Assembly: GCA_965601925.1 (NCBI GenBank)
Contig: OZ271854.1
Span: 3,776,001-3,840,000 of the forward strand
Reading direction: 5' to 3'
Source: Alkalispirochaeta sp.
GTDB lineage: Bacteria > Spirochaetota > Spirochaetia > DSM-27196 > Alkalispirochaetaceae
Length of the DNA stretch: 64,000 nt
The notes beneath the pieces were generated by a model. That model did no database searches. It had not been told where the DNA came from and saw only the letters and a list, made by a program, of their open reading frames with translations. Shown in pieces: positions 57,609-64,000 of the stretch. The translations under genes and the position numbers were made by a program. Positions within the stretch are counted from its first letter, which is position 1. The number at the start of each line of letters is the position of its first letter.

Positions 57609-58927
57609 TGACGCGCTTTCTTGAGGAACACGACGATACCGACCACCAAAAACATGACGTTCGGAAACCACATCGCGGCGGCCGGAGGCACGTGCGGGCG
57701 CTGGCTCCCGATGGTCTGGCCGGCTATGAGCATCGACCAGTACAACGTTGCGATCAACAGGCCGATGCCGAAACCCACGCTACGCCCGCTGCGCTTGGAG
57801 AACAGCCCCAACGGAAAGGCGAGAAACACAAAGGAGAGCGCCGCGAAGGGTATACTGAACTTCTTGTGGTACTCGAGCCGATGAATCTGAAGCGAACGAT
57901 TAAACGGTCGTTGGCGCGAAATGCGTTCGAACTCAGTCGATACCGCTTCAAGCTCCTCGTGTGACGCTTCGCCGCGCTCAACTTCCCCTCGAAGCTCACT
58001 CAACCGCGTCTCCGTCTCGGTGACGCGCGTGGTCCATTCCTCGATGTGCGGCGCGAGCTCATCCTCTTTTTGTCGAATCTCGGCGCGCACATCGCGGGCG
58101 CTCATCTCCCGCGGTCCCGGCGAACGAATGGCGACGGTGATGTCCTGGAGCAGGATATTATAGCGCATCGTCCCGGCGTAACTGTAATTATGATCCGAAG
58201 CCGATACCGCCGAGTGGGTCGTAACATCGCTTAACTCGAGGCTAATCGCATTAGGATCGCCCTCGCGGATCAAGCGCGCCTCGCCGGCGGTAATGACGCG
58301 CTGATTCCCCTGCCCGTCCGTATCGATAATCGTGAAGTGCTCGAGTCGTCCCGGCTCTACCGCCCCGGTAATAAGCACATCATCTTGGTAGCGCTTGATC
58401 GAGTACGCCTCAAGTTCCAAAGCGGGGTTCGCATACAGTAGCTCACGATATAGACGGCCGAAGTTCAGCGTACCGAGGGGCAGGAGAAAATCATTGACAA
58501 AGAATGAAAGCACCGACAAGAGCGCAGCCGCCAGAAGTACCGGTGAAAAGATTCTCCGGAGCGAAAAGCCGCTGGCCCTGAGTGCCACAACCTCATTGTC
58601 GGATGACAGGCGACCGACGGCCATGAGCGTTCCCACGAGTGTGGCGAAGGGAACCGAGAGGGCGATGATCGACGGTAATGAGTAGATAATGAGCCGCACA
58701 ACATCCCACAGCGGCACATCCTTCTGCAAGATGTCCTCAGCCAGCAACAACAGCTGGTTGATGAAGAACATGAAGAAGAAGAACGCAAAAGACACCAGAA
58801 ACGAGATAAAAAACTCGGCTCCAACGTAGCGAAAGACAAAAACGGGAAACCCGTCAAACGAGCGAAGACGCGAGGCGACCTCGCTCGATTGGAGCCGGCT
58901 ATTGATCGCCGGTCGAACCAAAACCAC
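57605..58927 (-). CDS. LptF/LptG-family permease
   Basis: GRLSSDNEVVALRASG, EYHKKFSIP, WFPN; start uncertain. Confidence 0.88.
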   Translation of the reverse strand: MVLVRPAINSRLQSSEVASRLRSFDGFPVFVFRYVGAEFFISFLVSFAFFFFMFFINQLLLLAEDILQKDVPLWDVVRLIIYSLPSIIALSVPFATLVGTLMAVGRLSSDNEVVALRASGFSLRRIFSPVLLAAALLSVLSFFVNDFLLPLGTLNFGRLYRELLYANPALELEAYSIKRYQDDVLITGAVEPGRLEHFTIIDTDGQGNQRVITAGEARLIREGDPNAISLELSDVTTHSAVSASDHNYSYAGTMRYNILLQDITVAIRSPGPREMSARDVRAEIRQKEDELAPHIEEWTTRVTETETRLSELRGEVERGEASHEELEAVSTEFERISRQRPFNRSLQIHRLEYHKKFSIPFAALSFVFLAFPLGLFSKRSGRSVGFGIGLLIATLYWSMLIAGQTIGSQRPHVPPAAAMWFPNVMFLVVGIVVFLKKARQ

Positions 58928-59369
58928 CCTCTGCGCGATCGGTTTCGGAAAGCGAATGCACCACCGAGAAGTCCGCGCGGACTACCGGCGCGACGATTAA
59001 CTGTGCGATACGCATTCCCGGTTCTATCGTCACCGCCTCGCCTCCGTGATTAATCAACGGTACCACAATCTCGCCGCGATAGTCGCTGTCGATCGTCCCC
59101 GGGCTGTTGAGCACCGTTAGCCCGTACCGTACCGCCAAACCCGATCGAGGGCGTACTTGCGCCTCGTAGTGCACGGGGAGCTCGATGTGCACGCCGGTGG
59201 GAATCGCGTCGCGCTCACCGGGAGCAAGGCGACGCGGGCCCGCTATAGCTGCTCTGAGGTCGGCTCCCGCCGATCCGGTGGTCGCATAAAACGGTTCGCA
59301 TCCGGGCTTGGCCCGAACGCGAACCGCAACCGGCTCAGTTCCGTCGGCGGCCACGATCCCGATCTCCAC
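58899..59369 (-). CDS. dut: dUTP diphosphatase
   Basis: SAGADL, RPRSGLA, NSPGTIDSDYRGE, RIAQ, GGFGSTG. Confidence 0.96.
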   Translation of the reverse strand: MEIGIVAADGTEPVAVRVRAKPGCEPFYATTGSAGADLRAAIAGPRRLAPGERDAIPTGVHIELPVHYEAQVRPRSGLAVRYGLTVLNSPGTIDSDYRGEIVVPLINHGGEAVTIEPGMRIAQLIVAPVVRADFSVVHSLSETDRAEGGFGSTGDQ

Positions 59370-61482
59370 CGGAGCGCCCTCCCCGACCGCGATTGTCGCT
59401 TTCGGTCATGCCCTCGTAGATCAGGCTCAAGTTCACGCGGCCCATCTTGTCGATTTCGATGATCTTGACTTCGACCTCCTGCCCCAAGGACAGGACATCC
59501 TCTACCGAGTTGATGCGGTGGGCCGCCATCTTGCTGATATGACATAGCCCCTCCCGACCGGGAAGAAACTCAATAAAGGCGCCGAAATCGGTGATGCGTT
59601 TGACGACGCCGGGATAGGTCGTTCCGATTTCCGGCTCCTCGAGGAGTTGGAGAAAACTGGCTTTCGCGTTGTCGGCGGCCGCCTTGTCCTTGGAGTAGAT
59701 CGTTACGGTACCGTTGTCGTCGAAGTTTACCTGCACGCCGAACTTCTCCGAGATCGCCTTCACCGTCTTGCCGCCGCTCCCGATGAGTAGGCCGATCTCG
59801 TCGGGATCGACCGTAAACGCGAGTATTCGCGGTGCGTGTTCGGAAAGCTCGGTCTGCGGCGCCTGGATCGCCTCCGCCATCTTCCCGAGAATGTGCATAC
59901 GGCCGCGGTTGGCTTGCTCCAAGGCGGTCTTCATCACCTCGGGCGAGACGTTCTTGATCTTGATGTCCATCTGGAACGCCGTAATACCGTCCTCGGTGCC
60001 GGCGACTTTGAAGTCCATGTCGCCCAGGTGATCCTCTTCGCCGAGGATATCGCTCAGCACCGCGGTACGTTCGCCGTCCGAGATAAGACCCATGGCGATA
60101 CCGGCGACCGGTTTCTTCGTCGGAACGCCGGCCGCCATCAGCGCAAGCGATCCACCGCAGACGGTCGCCATCGAGGATGAACCGTTGGACTCCAGAACTT
60201 CCGATACGACACGTAATGTATAGGGAAACTTCTCCCGCTCCGGTACGACCGCCTCTAACGCGCGGTGCGCCAAGTGGCCGTGTCCTATTTCACGGCGTCC
60301 GGTGCCGAGGCGCCCGGTCTCACCGACGGAAAAGGGAGGAAAGTTGTAGTGCAACATGAAGTTCTCGCGGCGGTCGCCGTCGATGTCGTCCATGATCTGC
60401 TCATCGTACATCGTTCCCAGCGTGATAACGGCCAGGGCCTGCGTCTCCCCGCGGGTAAACAGTGCGCTGCCGTGAGTGCGCGGAAGAACCCCGACTTCGC
60501 ACGTGATCGGTCGGATATCCTCGAGGCCGCGATGATCGGTGCGGAACCCCTTCTCCAGGATGGACTTGCGCACGATCTCCTGCTCCATATCGCCGAGGAG
60601 GCTCTTGGCCATTCTGGGATAGTCCTCGTCCTCGGCGAGTGCGTCGGCAAAGTGCTCCATCGTCTCGGTTTTGACGGCGCGCATTGCCGCGCCTCTGGTC
60701 TTCTTACCCAGCACGAAACACGCCTCTTCGAGTTTGGTATAGGCGAACTCGCGTACGTCAGAGGCGATCGGGAGCGTTTTCGTATCTTCTATAAGCGCCA
60801 ACTTCTCGCTACCGGCCGCGGCGCGTAACTCGTCCTGCACGCGGCAGATCTCGCTGATCACCTCACGCGCCACGTCGATCGCGCGAAGCATGAGATCCTC
60901 GGCGACCTCCTTCGCACCGCCCTCGACCATCGTGATACCGTCTTTGGTACCTGCGACGATGATCTCGAGCTCCGATGCTGCGATCTGCTCGAAGGTGGGG
61001 TTAACGATGAGTGCCCCATCTACCGAGCACACCCGAACGGCACCAACGGGACCGTCGAAGGGAATGTTACTGATGTGCATCGCGGCGCTCGCAGCGACCA
61101 TGGCGACCACATCGGGCGGATTGACCTGATCGGTGGAAAGCACCGTCGGAACGATTTGAAGTTCACGCATGAACTTCTTGGAAAACAAGGGGCGCATGGG
61201 GCGGTCGATGAGGCGGGAGACGAGAATCTCCTTGTCTTTCGGACGACCCTCACGCTTGAGAAATCCACCCGGAATCTTTCCCGCGGCGTAGTATTTCTCG
61301 TTGTATTCGACCTGGAGCGGGACGAAATCGATCCCCTCCCGGGGTTCGTCCGAGGAGGTCGCGGTTGCCAGTACCGCCGATCCACCGTATGTCGCATAGA
61401 CCGCTCCGTTGGCCTGTTTGGCCATGCGACCGGTCTCGAGGACGAGATCCTGCTCGCCGATCTTGATAGTTACCGTATGCAT
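59335..61482 (-). CDS. pnp: Polyribonucleotide nucleotidyltransferase
   Basis: GKIPGGFLKRE, RTHGSALFTRGETQ, SNGSSSMA, EDHLGDMDFK, KH and S1 domains. Confidence 0.98.
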   Translation of the reverse strand: MHTVTIKIGEQDLVLETGRMAKQANGAVYATYGGSAVLATATSSDEPREGIDFVPLQVEYNEKYYAAGKIPGGFLKREGRPKDKEILVSRLIDRPMRPLFSKKFMRELQIVPTVLSTDQVNPPDVVAMVAASAAMHISNIPFDGPVGAVRVCSVDGALIVNPTFEQIAASELEIIVAGTKDGITMVEGGAKEVAEDLMLRAIDVAREVISEICRVQDELRAAAGSEKLALIEDTKTLPIASDVREFAYTKLEEACFVLGKKTRGAAMRAVKTETMEHFADALAEDEDYPRMAKSLLGDMEQEIVRKSILEKGFRTDHRGLEDIRPITCEVGVLPRTHGSALFTRGETQALAVITLGTMYDEQIMDDIDGDRRENFMLHYNFPPFSVGETGRLGTGRREIGHGHLAHRALEAVVPEREKFPYTLRVVSEVLESNGSSSMATVCGGSLALMAAGVPTKKPVAGIAMGLISDGERTAVLSDILGEEDHLGDMDFKVAGTEDGITAFQMDIKIKNVSPEVMKTALEQANRGRMHILGKMAEAIQAPQTELSEHAPRILAFTVDPDEIGLLIGSGGKTVKAISEKFGVQVNFDDNGTVTIYSKDKAAADNAKASFLQLLEEPEIGTTYPGVVKRITDFGAFIEFLPGREGLCHISKMAAHRINSVEDVLSLGQEVEVKIIEIDKMGRVNLSLIYEGMTESDNRGRGGRSGGDRDRGRRRN

Positions 61483-61517
61483 CGTTGTGTTCTACCTCAC
61501 TTTATGCGTTTACTCAC

Positions 61518-61542
61518 AAAAAAACCGGGTAGTGATACCCGG
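61518..61542 (-). terminator. Rho-independent terminator between rpsO and pnp
   Basis: CCGGGTA/TACCCGG stem followed by T7 on the minus strand. Confidence 0.8.
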
Positions 61543-61560
61543 ATTACAAAGGGACTCAAC

Positions 61561-61830
61561 CTATTTGCGCAGACCGAGCTTTGCCAAAACGGTCCGGTAC
61601 GCCTCAAGGTCGCCTCGCTTGAGGTAGCGCAAGAGACGACGGCGCTGTCCGACGAGCTTGAGAAGGCCGCGTCGGCTGTGGTGGTCCTTTTTGTGAGTCT
61701 TGAGGTGCTCGGTGAGCTCTTTGATGCGAGTGGTAAGCAGCGCAATTTGAACCTCGGTCTTTCCGGTGTTCTTTTCGGTGCCGCCGAAATCCGCGATGAT
61801 TTCGTGCTTCTGTTCAGCTGTCAGTGCCAT
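61561..61830 (-). CDS. rpsO: 30S ribosomal protein S15
   Basis: [23 protein letters not shown], 89 aa. Confidence 0.98.
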   Translation of the reverse strand: MALTAEQKHEIIADFGGTEKNTGKTEVQIALLTTRIKELTEHLKTHKKDHHSRRGLLKLVGQRRRLLRYLKRGDLEAYRTVLAKLGLRK

Positions 61831-62623
61831 CTAACGTACTCCTTAGTACAGCGTATTGAATATCATTCATGCGCGGCTCCCACGCGAGGGTTCCGTCCTC
61901 GAAAACCCTCATCATGCCCTCACGGCTGCGGTCCGAACCGACAAGGGTACATCGATATGCACCTTCGGATGGAAGCAATTGTATACAATCGTTGCGATGA
62001 GACGGGAGAGTGCCGCCGATGGCAACGGTATACGGACGACCCAGCATGGTCGCCACTTGCTCCAAATCCCCAGCCGCGACGGCACGACGGATGCGGGAGC
62101 TGCTAATTGAACCAACATTATCTTTTAGCGCCGGGACGATGTCAACCCTGACGCTGCGATCGGCCATCCAACGCGCGAGTTCCGACGCGTGAACGTCCCG
62201 GTTGTGCCCGATATGAAAGTTGAAACCGACAACAACGCGAGTCAAACGCGGGAAGAGCTCGAGTAGTCGATCGAGAAAGCGAAATCCCGACACGGTGAGG
62301 AAGGCGCTCGAAAAGCGAACCAACAGCGTACGCTCTATTCCCACACGGTCGAAGAGTTCCAATCGCTCTTCAACCGTCGATAGATCGCCGAGATAGCTCT
62401 CCGGCCGCGTCAAACGCGCCGGATTGGGGTCGAACGTGAGAACCGTCGGACATCCCTTGGATACTTCATGTGCGCTCGTAACGGCTCGGTGTAGAAGCTC
62501 TTTGTGACCGCGATGCACCCCGTCGAAGACGCCCACGGCGAGAGTCGTGGGACGATCGGTCGGGAAGCCGACGGGCGTCGAATCGAAATCGTTCCATACG
62601 GCGTACCGAGTGCGGTCGTTCAC
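61814..62623 (-). CDS. ribF: RibF-like FAD synthetase with degenerate riboflavin-kinase domain
   Basis: [32 protein letters not shown]; no PTAN motif; start moved to GTG 62623. Confidence 0.85.
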   Translation of the reverse strand: MNDRTRYAVWNDFDSTPVGFPTDRPTTLAVGVFDGVHRGHKELLHRAVTSAHEVSKGCPTVLTFDPNPARLTRPESYLGDLSTVEERLELFDRVGIERTLLVRFSSAFLTVSGFRFLDRLLELFPRLTRVVVGFNFHIGHNRDVHASELARWMADRSVRVDIVPALKDNVGSISSSRIRRAVAAGDLEQVATMLGRPYTVAIGGTLPSHRNDCIQLLPSEGAYRCTLVGSDRSREGMMRVFEDGTLAWEPRMNDIQYAVLRSTLDGTDS

Positions 62624-63570
62624 GCTCCAGCCTCTTTCGACGGCGCCGTGGGAAAGACCGCGGCGTACCGCCATCGGACATCTTCGTCCGCCCCGGTGCG
62701 ACCGTCACGAGGCTCGGTGGTGATGAGCGCTACCTCAAACCCCCGTCGGTCGACGCACAGCGCAAGAGACGCGTCGGAAAGCGCCGTTGTTTCCGCAGAG
62801 GAGAGACAGTTGAAGGGGGGCGTGCCGTTTCTCATGTATTGCGCCGTCCGGTCGGAAATCGACAGCACCGTCGTATGGCCCAAACGCACCAACGCTTCTC
62901 GGACGGGAATGAGGCGAGAGGTCGGATCGGCGTCCGCTGAAAGTTCCTCTATCGTGCACGCCTCCTCGAGCGAAAACGGCCCGACGGCGGTCCGTACGAG
63001 GAGACGTAGGTACCCGCGCGTATCGGCTTTTCGGGCGATATCGCGCGCCAACGATCGGATGTAGGTGCCGCTTCCGCAGTGAACGACCATACGAAACTCG
63101 TCCGATCGTTCGGTGGGCTCCATCGACAAATCATGGACGACGACGGGTCGGGAAGAGAGTGCGGGACTCTCTCCGCGCCGGGCGAGCTCGTACGCACGGG
63201 TGCCGCCGACCTTAAGTGCGGAAAATGCGGGCGGCGTCTGTTCTATCGACCCGTGAAACGCGCGACTCGCGGCGATGATTCGGTTCTGCTCCGGTATCGG
63301 CCCACGCGCAACGACGGCTCCCTCGGGGTCGAGCGTGTCCGTCTCTTCCCCTACCCGCACGACCGCCCGGTAGCGTTTGTCCAGCTTGAGAAACCAACGC
63401 GAAAGACGCGTAGCAGAGCCGACCAACACGACGAGGAGCCCTTCGGCAAAGGGGTCGAGAGTACCGGTATGACCGACCTTTAGCCCGTGAAACCGACGTT
63501 TTACGGGACTGAGAACTTTGGCGGAGCTAATCGCCGTCGGCTTGCTGAGTAGCAGAATCCCGCTGGTCAT
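62620..63570 (-). CDS. truB: tRNA pseudouridine(55) synthase
   Basis: KVGHTGTLDP, TDTLD, PPAFSALK, CGSGTYIRSL. Confidence 0.96.
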   Translation of the reverse strand: MTSGILLLSKPTAISSAKVLSPVKRRFHGLKVGHTGTLDPFAEGLLVVLVGSATRLSRWFLKLDKRYRAVVRVGEETDTLDPEGAVVARGPIPEQNRIIAASRAFHGSIEQTPPAFSALKVGGTRAYELARRGESPALSSRPVVVHDLSMEPTERSDEFRMVVHCGSGTYIRSLARDIARKADTRGYLRLLVRTAVGPFSLEEACTIEELSADADPTSRLIPVREALVRLGHTTVLSISDRTAQYMRNGTPPFNCLSSAETTALSDASLALCVDRRGFEVALITTEPRDGRTGADEDVRWRYAAVFPTAPSKEAGA

Positions 63571-63916
63571 CCCGCGCTAGGTCTTCGATCGTCTTGATAA
63601 TCGCTTGACTCTCCTCGATGCTGTGATCCGCTACGAAATGGATGCGAGGAGTAGCACGAACCTTGAGGAGCCTTCCGAGACGGCGCTGTAGATAGCCGGC
63701 CGCGGAGTTGAGTCCCTCCACGGCGGCGTCGAGCTTCGCATGATCCAAGATGGACGATACACCGATGCGCGCCGTAGAACCGTCTTTGGCCATTTTGACG
63801 TAACTGAACGAGACGAGCGTGCTTACGCGGTGATCCTTGATCTCGCCCCGCATGAGCAATGTGCTTAACTCGTGTGCGATACGGTTTCCCAACCGTGTGC
63901 GCCGCGTCTCGTCCAT
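63527..63916 (-). CDS. rbfA: Ribosome-binding factor A
   Basis: IKDHRV, LNSAAGYLQ, RATPRIHF..D.S; order infB-rbfA-truB. Confidence 0.93.
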   Translation of the reverse strand: MDETRRTRLGNRIAHELSTLLMRGEIKDHRVSTLVSFSYVKMAKDGSTARIGVSSILDHAKLDAAVEGLNSAAGYLQRRLGRLLKVRATPRIHFVADHSIEESQAIIKTIEDLARDDQRDSATQQADGD

Positions 63917-63936
63917 ATGCGTCTGTTACCGCGGAC

Positions 63937-64000
63937 TCACTCGCTACCGAGTTTCTTCGCGACTTCCTTAACGACGTAAATTTCCAACGTATCTCCTACC
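63937..64000 (-). CDS. infB: Translation initiation factor IF-2, C-terminal end (partial, runs off the window)
   Basis: Reads VGDTLEIYVVKEVAKKLGSE-stop, typical IF-2 C-terminus, directly upstream of rbfA. Confidence 0.75.
   Translation of the reverse strand, partial: VGDTLEIYVVKEVAKKLGSE

Overview
GC-rich bacterial chromosome segment, most likely from a free-living spirochete of the Spirochaetaceae type. This is inferred from gene content and order (dnaG-rpoD-C4 zinc ribbon-rnpB-TPR-mreBCD-pbp2-rodA; recA-scpAB-rluB-cmk-rpsA; a ~900-aa GreA; infB-rbfA-truB-ribF-rpsO-pnp-dut-lptF/G-tgt-murJ) and from many acidic proteins. The first ~11 kb is accessory-looking: a permuted NlpC/P60 lipoprotein, a self-contained mannitol-family PTS operon (EIICB, EIIA, SorE-like Zn dehydrogenase, 1-phosphofructokinase-like kinase, HPr, EI, MtlR-like regulator) and an orphan two-gene CBS-HisKA module next to tRNA-Tyr. 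The rest is mostly core genes. No mobile element, prophage or CRISPR array was seen. Best leads: (1) a possible MtlD-independent mannitol route via fructose 1-phosphate; (2) a cNMP-type GAF sigma-54 activator co-transcribed with a CHASE2 adenylate cyclase behind rpsA; (3) a CBS-HisKA protein with no ATPase domain coupled to an unknown small protein; (4) loss of zinc-ligand cysteines in both DnaG and Tgt; (5) several apparently leaderless housekeeping genes. All calls are from visual motif recognition; no database searches were run.
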